DNA of 64,000 bases from an uncultured Prevotellaceae bacterium (GTDB lineage: Bacteria > Bacteroidota > Bacteroidia > Bacteroidales > Muribaculaceae): assembly GCA_946406035.1 (NCBI GenBank), contig CAMJJG010000005.1, positions 16,900-80,899 of the forward strand, written 5' to 3'. A program made the translations under genes and the position numbers. The notes below the pieces were generated by a model. That model was given only the letters and a program-made list of their open reading frames with translations. It had not been told where the DNA came from and made no database searches. Positions 20,532 through 30,091 of the stretch are shown in pieces; position 1 is the first letter of the stretch; every line of letters starts with the position of its first letter.

Positions 20532-20636
20532 ATGAAGAATATGGCCTATTTTTCCTTCTTGACAACTATATTATTAGGTCTATTCCTCTCTGTTTTTTTT
20601 TACATGTTCATTGCCAGCCTTCTGGTTCTGAAGTAA
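20532..20636 (+). CDS. Candidate 34-aa hydrophobic small protein or leader peptide upstream of the RND operon
   Basis: Manual translation MKNMAYFSFLTTILLGLFLSVFFYMFIASLLVLK*; below the ORF-track size cut-off. Confidence 0.35.
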   Translation: MKNMAYFSFLTTILLGLFLSVFFYMFIASLLVLK

Positions 20637-20712
20637 GTGGATAACTACATACAGGAAGTCATTTCAAAATAAGATAAATTACTATCAAATAACAAAAATA
20701 TATACTATCATT

Positions 20713-21885
20713 ATGACAAGGAACACTATCTGGCAATGGACTTGCATTATCATGGCATTGTTTTTCATGAACTCCTGCGGCGTCGATATGCCCAAGGAAA
20801 AGCAGTCGTCCTATGAAACGATGACTGTAAAAAAATCCGACATCGAGGTGCCCGTCAAATTCAGCGCCAAGATGAAGGGTCAGGCCGATGTAACCATCAC
20901 ACCACAGGTGAGCGGCCAGTTGATGAAAATCTACGTGACCGAGGGACAACAGGTGCGCAAGGGGCAGACCCTCTTCACCATCGACTCTCGCAATGCACAG
21001 CACGAATTGGAATCGGCAAGAGCCAATCTCCAAGCCGCCAACGCCAATCTCCAAGCCGCCATCTCCCAGGCCAACAGCGCCAAGCTGGAGTATGAGAGTA
21101 ACAAGAACCTGTTCGATAAAAAGATTGTCAGCAATTACATGCTGGAGAGTTCTCTCAACACCTACAAGCAGGCCCAGGCAACCGTCAGCCAGGCCAGGGC
21201 CTCGGTCAGCCAGGCAAAGGCTGCTGTCAACTACGCTAGGGTGAACCTGGGCTTCTGCACGATCACGTCGCCAGTGTCAGGAGTCATTGGCGAGATTCCT
21301 GTCCATGCCGGTGACCAGGTGACGCCCATGACTGAACTGACCATCGTCAGCGGCAACAGGCAGATGGAGGCCGAGTTCTCGGTGCCTGAGTCAATTATCG
21401 AGGAGATGGCACAGGAAGGCGTGTCCCAAAGCGATAAGGCCAAGCTGATAGCCCAAATACCCGAAGTGACGTTCATCATGAAGAACGGTACCGAGTATCA
21501 GCACAAGGGACGCGTCTCGAGCTTGACAGGCATGGTAAATGCCACTACCGGTACCCTGGCTTGCAAGGCCACTTTCCCCAACCCCGAGGGACAGCTGTTC
21601 TCGGGCATACAGGGCACGCTGGTCTTGCCCTATAGCGTGCAGAACGTGATGGTGATTCCGCAAGCGGCCTTAGTGCGCCTGCAAGACAAGACGCTGGTAT
21701 ATAAGGTGAAGGCCGACAGCACCGCTACCGCCGTTGCCGTAGTGACGACCGATATCGGCAATGGCAAGGATGTCGTCGTGACCGAGGGCTTGAATGTGGG
21801 TGACCGCATCGTGACCATCGGCGCGGGCAACGTGCAGGAAGGCCAGCGCGTCCTTTTCCCCGCTGAACCCAAAAAAGAAAAATAA
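20713..21885 (+). CDS. RND efflux periplasmic adaptor subunit
   Basis: Lipobox MNSC, PQVSG...EGQQVRKGQTLFTID lipoyl half-motif, coiled coil, ITSPVSGVIG. Confidence 0.93.
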   Translation: MTRNTIWQWTCIIMALFFMNSCGVDMPKEKQSSYETMTVKKSDIEVPVKFSAKMKGQADVTITPQVSGQLMKIYVTEGQQVRKGQTLFTIDSRNAQHELESARANLQAANANLQAAISQANSAKLEYESNKNLFDKKIVSNYMLESSLNTYKQAQATVSQARASVSQAKAAVNYARVNLGFCTITSPVSGVIGEIPVHAGDQVTPMTELTIVSGNRQMEAEFSVPESIIEEMAQEGVSQSDKAKLIAQIPEVTFIMKNGTEYQHKGRVSSLTGMVNATTGTLACKATFPNPEGQLFSGIQGTLVLPYSVQNVMVIPQAALVRLQDKTLVYKVKADSTATAVAVVTTDIGNGKDVVVTEGLNVGDRIVTIGAGNVQEGQRVLFPAEPKKEK

Positions 21886-21891
21886 AGGACT

Positions 21892-24800
21892 ATGAAGAAC
21901 AACATCTTCATCAACCGTTATGTGATGGCATGTGCGATATCGATTGTCATCACGCTGGTGGGTGCCATCTGCATCGGCACACTGCCCATCGAGCAGTACC
22001 CCAACATTGCACCGCCAACCGTTCAAGTCTCCACATCCTATACCGGTGCCGACGCCAACACGATCATGAAGTCGGTGATTCAACCGCTCGAGGAAAACAT
22101 CAACGGCGTGCCAGGCATGACCTACATCACCAGTTCGGCTTCGGCATCGGGTGATGTATCGATTCAGGTCTATTTTGAGCAGGGTACCGACCCTGACCTG
22201 GCTGCTGTAAACGTGCAGAACCGCGTCAGCCGAGCCACAGCACTGCTGCCCGCCGAGGTGGCAAAGGTCGGTGTCCAGGTGATGAAACAGCAGAACAACA
22301 TCCTGCACATCGGAGCCCTGAAGAGCGTGGACGGCAAGTATGACGCCGACTTCATCGCCAATTACATCGATATCAACGTTCGACCCCGATTGATGCGCAT
22401 CACCGGTGTGGGCGACGTGATGTCGCTGGGTAACACCTACGCCCTGCGCATCTGGCTCAAGCCCGACGTCATGGCGCAGTATGGACTCGAGCCCAACGAC
22501 GTGTTCGCCGCCATCGGCGGTCAGAGCTTTGTTGCCGCGACGGGCTCGCTGGGTGAGCAGTCCGAGAATGCCTACCAGTACTCGATGGAGTACAAGGGCA
22601 CCTTGAAGACCGTCGAGGAGTTTAACGATATCGTGTTGCGAACAAGCGAAGGCGGCCACCTGCTGCACCTGAGCGATGTGGCTCAGGTCGAGATCGGTGC
22701 CGTGAGCTACAACTACTCGTCAAACATCGACGGCAAGCCAGGTACCATCTACATGGTATTCCAGGCCCCGGGGGCCAATGCTACCGAGGTCAACGCTCGC
22801 ATCAATAAACTCTACGAGGAACTGAAGCCCACCATGCCTGCCGGCCTGGAGTTCGAGATCCTGGAGACCAGCGACGACTTCCTCTTTGCCGCTATCCACA
22901 ACGTGATCGAGACGCTAGTCATCGCCATCATCCTGGTCATCCTCGTGGTGTACTTCTTCTTGCAGAACTTCAAGGCGACGATCATCCCCTCGCTGTCGAT
23001 CATCGTGTCGCTGCTGGGTACGTTTGCCATCGTGAAACTCGCGGGGTTCTCGCTCAATATCCTCACGCTATTTGCACTGGTGCTGGCTATCGGTACCGTG
23101 GTAGATGATGCCATTGTCGTCGTCGAGGCCGTCATGGCCAAGATGGAGAGCGGCATCACCGATGCACGGCGCGCCACCCGCGAGGCTATGAGCGAGGTGT
23201 CGGTTGCCGTCATCTCGTGTACGCTGGTGTTCATGGCAGTGTTTATCCCCGTGGCCTTCATGCCCGGCACATCGGGGTCGTTCTTCACCCAGTTTGGCGT
23301 GACGCTGGCATCGTCGGTGGGCCTGTCGTGTGTGTCGGCCTTGACGCTGTGTCCTGCCCTGTGCGCCATCATGATGCGCTACTCCAAGGACAACAAGGAG
23401 AAGAAGAACCTGAACTACTACGTCACCAAGGCCTATACCGCCAGCTATACCGCCATCCTCAACAAGTACAAGAAGAGCGTGGGCGGCTTCATCAAGCGCC
23501 CCAAACTGGCTTGGGCGCTGCTCGCCGTCGCTGCCGTGCTGCTCGTCTTCTTTATGCGCGGTCTGCCGTCGGGTCTTGTCCCCCAGGAGGACCAGGGCGT
23601 GTTCTTTGCCGAGGTGCGTGCCCCCGAGGGCAGCACCCTGCATGAGACACAGGAGATCGTCAAGAAGGTAGAGGAGAAGGTCAAGAAGATTCCCGAGTTG
23701 GAGAGTTATGCCGTGGTCAGCGGTTACGGAATGATGGCCAGCAGCTCGAGTAGCTGCTATGCCACGTTCATCGTCCGACTGAAGAACTGGGGCGACCGCT
23801 CGGGCATGAATCACTACATCGAGCTCGTCTTTGGGCGCTTTGCCATGGACTGCAGCGATATCAAGAATGCGACAGTCATCCCGTTCCAGATGCCTCAAGT
23901 GCCAGGCTACGGTTCCAACAGCGGTGTGAACCTGGTGCTGCAAGACGTGCAGGACCGCCCGATGTCAGAATTCAACGCCGACGCTACCAAGTTCCTGGCC
24001 AAGCTCAACGAGCGTCCTGAAGTCATGATGGCCATGTCGGCCTATTCCGAGCGCTTCCCTAAGTATCAAGTCGATATTAATGCTACACAGTGCGACCGCG
24101 CCGGCATCACACCGGCTTCGGTGCTCAATACGCTTGGCGCTTATTGCGGTGGTGCCTATGTGGGTAACTTCAACCAGTTTGGTAAGGTGTACCGCATCAT
24201 GGCCAACGCTGCGCCCGAATACCGCCTCGACCCCTCGGCGCTCAACAATATCTTCGTGCGCGTGCAGGGTGGCAGCATGGCACCGATTTCCCAGTTCGTC
24301 ACTTTGACCGAGGTCGTCGGGTCGGCATCGGTCGAGCACTTCAACCTGTTCCAGAGCATCACCTGTGGCGTGATGCCCGCCAGTGGAGCCTCCGAGGGCG
24401 ATGTACACAAGGCCATCGCCGAGGTCTTCAAGCAGGAGATGCCCAGCGGATACACCTATGAGTACGGTGGCATGTCTCGCGAGGTCGAAGAGACATCCGG
24501 CTCCAATGCCACTGCCTTGATCTATGTCATCTGTGTCATCCTCATCTTCCTCATCCTGGCATCCCTCTATAACTCGTGGTTCACCCCATGGGCGGTACTG
24601 CTCAGCGTGCCTTTCGGTCTGATGGGTTCATTTGGCGCCATCTGGCTGATTTCGAGGTTACACCTGCCGGGCATGGAGAACAACATCTACTTGCAGACGG
24701 GTGTCATCATGCTCATCGGTCTGCTGGCCAAGACGGCCATCCTGATTACCGAGTATGCCTCGGAGCGACGTGCTCAGGGTCTGAGCATCCGTGATGCGGC

Positions 24801-25062
24801 ATTTGCCGCCTGTGAGGAGCGTCTGCGCCCCGTCTTGATGACCGTCGTCTCGATGATTGCGGGTATGATTCCGCTCATCATAGCCGGTGGCGCCGGTGCC
24901 AACGGTAACCGCGTGCTCGCTCTGGGCGTTACCGCTGGTATGGCAGTGGGCACGCTCGCACTGCTCTATGTGGTACCTGTGTTCTTCATATTCTTCCAGC
25001 GGTTACATGAGAAGTATCAAGGCGGGAAAATTGAGGAGTTAGAAGTGAAAAATGAGGAATGA
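21892..25062 (+). CDS. RND efflux permease (HAE1/AcrB family)
   Basis: LPIEQYPNIAPP, AIGTVVDDAIVVVE, GLLAKTAILI and RLRPVLMT; 1056 aa. Confidence 0.96.
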   Translation: MKNNIFINRYVMACAISIVITLVGAICIGTLPIEQYPNIAPPTVQVSTSYTGADANTIMKSVIQPLEENINGVPGMTYITSSASASGDVSIQVYFEQGTDPDLAAVNVQNRVSRATALLPAEVAKVGVQVMKQQNNILHIGALKSVDGKYDADFIANYIDINVRPRLMRITGVGDVMSLGNTYALRIWLKPDVMAQYGLEPNDVFAAIGGQSFVAATGSLGEQSENAYQYSMEYKGTLKTVEEFNDIVLRTSEGGHLLHLSDVAQVEIGAVSYNYSSNIDGKPGTIYMVFQAPGANATEVNARINKLYEELKPTMPAGLEFEILETSDDFLFAAIHNVIETLVIAIILVILVVYFFLQNFKATIIPSLSIIVSLLGTFAIVKLAGFSLNILTLFALVLAIGTVVDDAIVVVEAVMAKMESGITDARRATREAMSEVSVAVISCTLVFMAVFIPVAFMPGTSGSFFTQFGVTLASSVGLSCVSALTLCPALCAIMMRYSKDNKEKKNLNYYVTKAYTASYTAILNKYKKSVGGFIKRPKLAWALLAVAAVLLVFFMRGLPSGLVPQEDQGVFFAEVRAPEGSTLHETQEIVKKVEEKVKKIPELESYAVVSGYGMMASSSSSCYATFIVRLKNWGDRSGMNHYIELVFGRFAMDCSDIKNATVIPFQMPQVPGYGSNSGVNLVLQDVQDRPMSEFNADATKFLAKLNERPEVMMAMSAYSERFPKYQVDINATQCDRAGITPASVLNTLGAYCGGAYVGNFNQFGKVYRIMANAAPEYRLDPSALNNIFVRVQGGSMAPISQFVTLTEVVGSASVEHFNLFQSITCGVMPASGASEGDVHKAIAEVFKQEMPSGYTYEYGGMSREVEETSGSNATALIYVICVILIFLILASLYNSWFTPWAVLLSVPFGLMGSFGAIWLISRLHLPGMENNIYLQTGVIMLIGLLAKTAILITEYASERRAQGLSIRDAAFAACEERLRPVLMTVVSMIAGMIPLIIAGGAGANGNRVLALGVTAGMAVGTLALLYVVPVFFIFFQRLHEKYQGGKIEELEVKNEE

Positions 25063-25090
25063 TTATATATAAGAATATGAGAATTGGAAT

Positions 25091-26479
25091 ATGAAGAAAT
25101 CATTCAATAATATCATCATCTTGTGTGTTGCGGCCTTATCACTCGCGGGCTGCAACACCCTCAAGAGTTTGCACAGTGAGTATAAGTCCCAAGCGACAGT
25201 GCCTGCCGACGTGTTCGGTGAGAATGTCACCTTGACGGGAGACAGCACCTCGATGGCTCAGTTGTCCTGGCGCGAATTTTTCACCGACCCGCTACTGCAA
25301 CGGCTCATCGACACGGCCCTGATACGCAACACCGACATCAACTCGGCGCGTATCGCAATTCAGCAGTCCGAAGCATCGCTCGCCGCTGCCAAGCAAGCCT
25401 TTTTCCCGTCGGTGTTTTTCTCACCCTCTGGCGCCATCTCGTCATACGGTGGCAGCGCGGCGGCCAAGACTTACAACCTGCCGCTGCAGGTCAACTGGGA
25501 TATTGACGCCTTCGGGTCAATCAAGAGCAACAAACGCAAGTCCGAGGTGTTCCTCCTGCAAGCCAAGACTGCCGAACAAGCTGTCAAGGCCAACATCATA
25601 TCGGCTGTAGCGCAACAATACTGCACTTTGCTGCTTCTCGACCAGCAACTGGAAATACTCATGGCTACCGACAGCCTGTGGAATATCTCGCTCGAGACCC
25701 AGAAGACACTCTGGGAGAACGGCAAGGCCTATTCCACGGCAGTCAACCAGATGGAAGCGTCCTACTTGAACGTGAAAACGTCGATTGTGGACACGGGACG
25801 CAATATCCGTCAAGTAGAGAACGCCATCTGCAGCCTGCTGGCCATCACTCCGCGGCACATCGAGCGCAACCACCTGGGATACTACGCTCTGCCACAACAG
25901 TTACAAACGGGAGTGCCGGCCATGCTGCTGCAATACCGTCCCGACGTCAAGCTGGCCGACTATGCCATGGCTGCGGCCTACTACGACACCCAAGCCGCAC
26001 GGGCTGCATTCTATCCTTCCATCAGTCTGCAGGGATTAGCCGGATGGACCAACGACGCTGGCGGCACAATCGTCAACCCTGGCAAGATCCTGCTCAATGC
26101 CATGGCATCGCTCACCCAGCCCATCTATGCTCAAGGCAAATTGAGGGCTAACCTCAAAATCAACCAGCTGGCTCAAGAGGACTTGATGAACAAGTATGTG
26201 CAGACGGTCATCGATGCCGGTAACCAGGTCAATGAAGCACTCGCCGACTGCCAAGCCGCCATGGAGAAGCATGACTACTACCATCGGCAGGTAGAGGTCT
26301 TGAAAGATGCCTATCGCGGCACTCATGAACTCATGGACAACGGCAAGGCCATCTACCTGGAGGTCCTCACAGCACAGGAAACCCTCCTGAATGCCCAGCT
26401 CAACGAAGCCATCAACATGTACAACGGCGCACAAGGCATCATTGCGCTCTACATCGCACTGGGCGGCGCCACTCGCTAA
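25091..26479 (+). CDS. RND efflux outer-membrane factor (TolC/OprM family lipoprotein)
   Basis: Lipobox LAGC, WREFFTDPLLQRLI, RPDV, YLEVLTAQ and LYIALGG. Confidence 0.94.
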   Translation: MKKSFNNIIILCVAALSLAGCNTLKSLHSEYKSQATVPADVFGENVTLTGDSTSMAQLSWREFFTDPLLQRLIDTALIRNTDINSARIAIQQSEASLAAAKQAFFPSVFFSPSGAISSYGGSAAAKTYNLPLQVNWDIDAFGSIKSNKRKSEVFLLQAKTAEQAVKANIISAVAQQYCTLLLLDQQLEILMATDSLWNISLETQKTLWENGKAYSTAVNQMEASYLNVKTSIVDTGRNIRQVENAICSLLAITPRHIERNHLGYYALPQQLQTGVPAMLLQYRPDVKLADYAMAAAYYDTQAARAAFYPSISLQGLAGWTNDAGGTIVNPGKILLNAMASLTQPIYAQGKLRANLKINQLAQEDLMNKYVQTVIDAGNQVNEALADCQAAMEKHDYYHRQVEVLKDAYRGTHELMDNGKAIYLEVLTAQETLLNAQLNEAINMYNGAQGIIALYIALGGATR

Positions 26480-26523
26480 TAATTCAACCACATATTTTAA
26501 ACCCACAAACTAACTGATAAATA

Positions 26524-27744
26524 ATGAAACGAAACCTCAACGTTATTGTTTGGGCTCTCCTGGCTGCGGCATTGATCAGCAGCTGCGACGATCCAGAAGT
26601 CGCCTTCAACGAGGAGACACTCAACATCCCATTCCTCTTTTCCGAGGGTTATCAAGACTCGATCAAGTACCCCTACGACCTTGCCACGCCACTAACCGAC
26701 TGGCTATCTATGGTCAAGGATGACACCAAGGTGTGCAAACTGAGCATTCCAGGCACCCACGACTCCATGACCGGAATGGGGTTCTACCAGCCCTGGCTAA
26801 AGAGCATCTCCAACATGACCGCAATCAGCCAGCTCTGCACCTTTGACGAGCAGATGAACAGCGGCATCCGTTTCTTTGACTTCCGCCCCGTGGTGTCTAT
26901 CGACACCCTCGCCACCAGCCCTGCCGATCGCCAGATACTGAGGCTCGCTCACGGCTTTACCGAGGTCGATGTCAAGTTTGAGGAGTCGCTCGACTGGATG
27001 AAGGAATTTCTCGCCAAGCATCCTTCAGAGTTCTTCATCGTCAAGATACAGGCCGACAACGGCATGGAAAGCCAGCACAACTGGACATTGCTCCTTCACC
27101 GGCTTCTCGCCAAGCCCAAGTATGACGGCTTCTTCGTCAACAATTGGCGACCCGACATCACCGTGGGCGAGATGCGCGGAAAGGTCCTGATCCTCAGCCG
27201 ATACAACCTCGTTCCGCTCAATAGCACATTCCACTACCCCATCGCCTACTGCGACTGGCCCGACGAGGACCCCGATGTCAACGAGGAAATCGACCCGGTG
27301 GCTCAACGCTCTTGCGCCATCTATAATATGGAAGACACCACTATCAAGGCCAGGCTCTACAAGCAGGACTACTACAAGACGACCTCCGAGAAGCGCATGG
27401 AGACCAAGAAGCAAACTGTCATCAACATGATGCACAGTGCGCGCGAGGCAACGGCAAGCGACCAGAACATCTGGATCGTGAACCACTGCTCGGCCTACAC
27501 CGAGGTCTCGCCCCGCGGCTATATCACCAACGCCACCAACCTGCACCCGCTCGTCATTGACGACCTGCTCAACAACGAGGGCACCGTCGGCATCATGCCC
27601 ATGGACATGGCTTGCCACGACTACGTCCACGCCATCGTCAACGGCGGCACCCCCTACACGAGCGACTACCTCTACGGCTTCCGCCCCCTCACGCAGTCTC
27701 TCACCAACCTCCTCATCAAATCGAATCAAAAATTCTTCAAATAG
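26524..27744 (+). CDS. Lipoprotein with phosphatidylinositol-specific phospholipase C (PI-PLC X) domain
   Basis: Lipobox ISSC; LSIPGTHDS, QMNSGIRFFDFR, LAHG, FLAKHPSEF and TVGEMRGK. Confidence 0.85.
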   Translation: MKRNLNVIVWALLAAALISSCDDPEVAFNEETLNIPFLFSEGYQDSIKYPYDLATPLTDWLSMVKDDTKVCKLSIPGTHDSMTGMGFYQPWLKSISNMTAISQLCTFDEQMNSGIRFFDFRPVVSIDTLATSPADRQILRLAHGFTEVDVKFEESLDWMKEFLAKHPSEFFIVKIQADNGMESQHNWTLLLHRLLAKPKYDGFFVNNWRPDITVGEMRGKVLILSRYNLVPLNSTFHYPIAYCDWPDEDPDVNEEIDPVAQRSCAIYNMEDTTIKARLYKQDYYKTTSEKRMETKKQTVINMMHSAREATASDQNIWIVNHCSAYTEVSPRGYITNATNLHPLVIDDLLNNEGTVGIMPMDMACHDYVHAIVNGGTPYTSDYLYGFRPLTQSLTNLLIKSNQKFFK

Positions 27745-27753
27745 GACTACGCT

Positions 27754-28602
27754 ATGAAAATCAAGATATTCACCCTCGCCATTTTCACCGCCTTACTAAG
27801 CGCGGTCAACGTCTCGGCGCAAAGCCAAACAGATAATAACAGCAAACTGCACTCCCCCGACGGATTGTTCAACCACCTGTCAATCGGTATCCACACGGGA
27901 CTTTCAGGATCTGGAATCGACGTCACCATGCCCGTGCACAGGCTCGTCACCGTGCGTGCCGGCTACTCGGGTCTCCACATCGGTGAAATCAAGTTCAAGG
28001 CCATCAACACAGCCGAGGACTATGCAGGTTATTCACTGGTCGAGGACGATGCCGTGCGCAGGGCTCAGATGTCCGACAAGGTAGAGCTCGCTGCCAAGCC
28101 CAACTTCTGGAACATGTTCATGCTGGCCGAGGTGCATCCCTTCACCAACGACAGTTTCCACTTCACCGCAGGTTTTTACGTTGGAAGTAAGAACTTTATC
28201 CACTTCCGCAACACCAACGACGGAGCCCTCGATTTCCTTTACGATGCCAATAACAAGGTGATGGACTACAACCGTGCCTTCAACACCCACTTCAGCCCTA
28301 TCGGTCTCAAGTTCGGCGACTACGTCTTCACCGCCGACGAGCGTGGTAACATCGATGTGAGAATGAAGACCAACGTCTTTAAGCCCTATCTGGGTGTCGG
28401 CGTCGGCAAGCACATCGCACAGCAGCACCGCCTCAGCTTCGCCCTCGACCTGGGACTCATCTTCTGGGGCTCACCCAAGTTCATTCTCAACAACGGCAAG
28501 GAAATCAAGTCGTCTGGCAAAGAGGCTGGCATCACCCAAGTCTTCTCCTGGCTCGATGCATGGCCCAGCCTCCAGGTCAAAGTCGCCTACAAAATCTTCT
28601 AA
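27754..28602 (+). CDS. Outer-membrane beta-barrel hypothetical protein
   Basis: Signal peptide, KPYLGVGVG, and terminal VKVAYKIF strand. Confidence 0.7.
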   Translation: MKIKIFTLAIFTALLSAVNVSAQSQTDNNSKLHSPDGLFNHLSIGIHTGLSGSGIDVTMPVHRLVTVRAGYSGLHIGEIKFKAINTAEDYAGYSLVEDDAVRRAQMSDKVELAAKPNFWNMFMLAEVHPFTNDSFHFTAGFYVGSKNFIHFRNTNDGALDFLYDANNKVMDYNRAFNTHFSPIGLKFGDYVFTADERGNIDVRMKTNVFKPYLGVGVGKHIAQQHRLSFALDLGLIFWGSPKFILNNGKEIKSSGKEAGITQVFSWLDAWPSLQVKVAYKIF

Positions 28603-28633
28603 TCCCCCACCGCTACACAGGGGGCGGGAAAAC

Positions 28634-28667
28634 AGGCAGGAAAAAGGAACGACCCTTTTTCCTGCCT
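28634..28667. terminator. 14-bp perfect hairpin between convergent genes
   Basis: AGGCAGGAAAAAGG-loop-CCTTTTTCCTGCCT. Confidence 0.7.
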
Positions 28668-28822
28668 AAACTTTATAATCACTTATTATTGTCCAGCAGA
28701 GTCCAGAAAACGTCGCAACAGACAGATTGACAACGCGTTGAACATTGCACCTCAATACTTAGCTATACATAGATAAATGACCTATAGGCCGAAAATTCAG
28801 ACTATTCAGTTGTATGAAAAGC

Positions 28823-28851
28823 CCTTCGAGGTCGGCGATGGTGCGGGCGAC
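28823..28851 (-). repeat. 29-bp exact duplicate of the comM 3' region (other copy 30180-30208); att-like site
   Basis: CCTTCGAGGTCGGCGATGGTGCGGGCGAC occurs at both positions and encodes VARTIADLE on the minus strand. Confidence 0.9.
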
Positions 28852-28852
28852 C

Positions 28853-29992
28853 TTACACTATGCCTCCTTGCCACAGGTCTTGCAAGAACTCGGTGGCTGG
28901 GATGATGTCAACACCGCTCATCTTACGGCGGTACTTGTCAAGCGACACGATGATCAAGCGGGCATCAGGGAAGTCTTCGCTGAACGCCTTCAGACCATGC
29001 GTGTGACGGGACTTGGCTTCGTCTGTGGCTTTGATTTCGATAGCAACTCGACCTTCGCCGATGATGGCATCCACCTCATATCCTCCAGATGTGCGCCAAT
29101 AGGTGAGGCGCTCATCCATGTGGTTATATCCCAAATAGGCTATAATTTCTTGAATAATGAAATGCTCAAATGCGTGCCCGAAGTCATCGCTGCCTGGACG
29201 CAGTGAGCCACGGTGAGTGAGATAATTGGCGAGACCCACATCAAACAAGTAGAACTTGGGGGCTGCAATTGCCCGCCGCTTGCGTGATGACGTGAAACCG
29301 GGAACAAGGTAACCCAACAAGGTGTCTTCAAGAATGGTAAAATATTCTTTCACCGTTCGGTAATCAATGCCACAGTCTTGGGCTATGTTCTTATAGACCA
29401 ACATTTCGCCATCACACTGAGCCGCCACCTCCAGGAACCGCGAGAATGACTGGAGGTTGCGCGTCAATGCCTCCTGACGTATCTCCTCGTTGAGATAGAT
29501 GCCGACGTAGCCACGCAGGCGCTCCTTCGGGTTTTCGACCATGTAATGGCGCGGAATCATGCCATTGTTCACAGCGCGAATGAGATCAAAATCGGGAATC
29601 TCGGCACTGACAAGAGGAAACATCTGCTCACGAGTGGCCCGCCCACCCAATAGGTTCGTGCCCAATCTCTTCAATTTCCGGGCGCTTGAACCGCTCAAGA
29701 TGAATCGAATGTTTTTTCTCTGTATCAGCGAGTGTACCTCGTCGAGCAATTGCGGCAGTTTCTGGATTTCGTCGATGATAACAGTATCGTTCTCTCCGAA
29801 GCCCTCCAATTCCTCAGACAAGATCTCCGGGCGACGCAATAACCGCTCAAATTCCGATGGCCGAAGCAAGTCATAAGTGCGACAAGCGGGGTACTGTGCA
29901 TTCAGCCAGGTTGTCTTTCCCACCTGACGTGCGCCCCACAAGAACACGCTGTCGTTATACTCGTTATCAAGGTTAATAATCCTGTTATACAT
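28853..29992 (-). CDS. AAA_14 + DUF4143-type ATP-binding protein with C-terminal PD-(D/E)xK-like motif
   Basis: GARQVGKT, IIDEIQK, LSGSS, KFYLFDVG, YWRT...EVDAI...IEIK. Confidence 0.88.
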   Translation of the reverse strand: MYNRIINLDNEYNDSVFLWGARQVGKTTWLNAQYPACRTYDLLRPSEFERLLRRPEILSEELEGFGENDTVIIDEIQKLPQLLDEVHSLIQRKNIRFILSGSSARKLKRLGTNLLGGRATREQMFPLVSAEIPDFDLIRAVNNGMIPRHYMVENPKERLRGYVGIYLNEEIRQEALTRNLQSFSRFLEVAAQCDGEMLVYKNIAQDCGIDYRTVKEYFTILEDTLLGYLVPGFTSSRKRRAIAAPKFYLFDVGLANYLTHRGSLRPGSDDFGHAFEHFIIQEIIAYLGYNHMDERLTYWRTSGGYEVDAIIGEGRVAIEIKATDEAKSRHTHGLKAFSEDFPDARLIIVSLDKYRRKMSGVDIIPATEFLQDLWQGGIV

Positions 29993-30091
29993 ACACCTTA
30001 TTGTAGTTTTATCTTAATATTCCGACATTATTATGTCGCAAAATTACACAATAATTGCTGAATGACAAAAACTATTTCATGCTTTTTTCAG

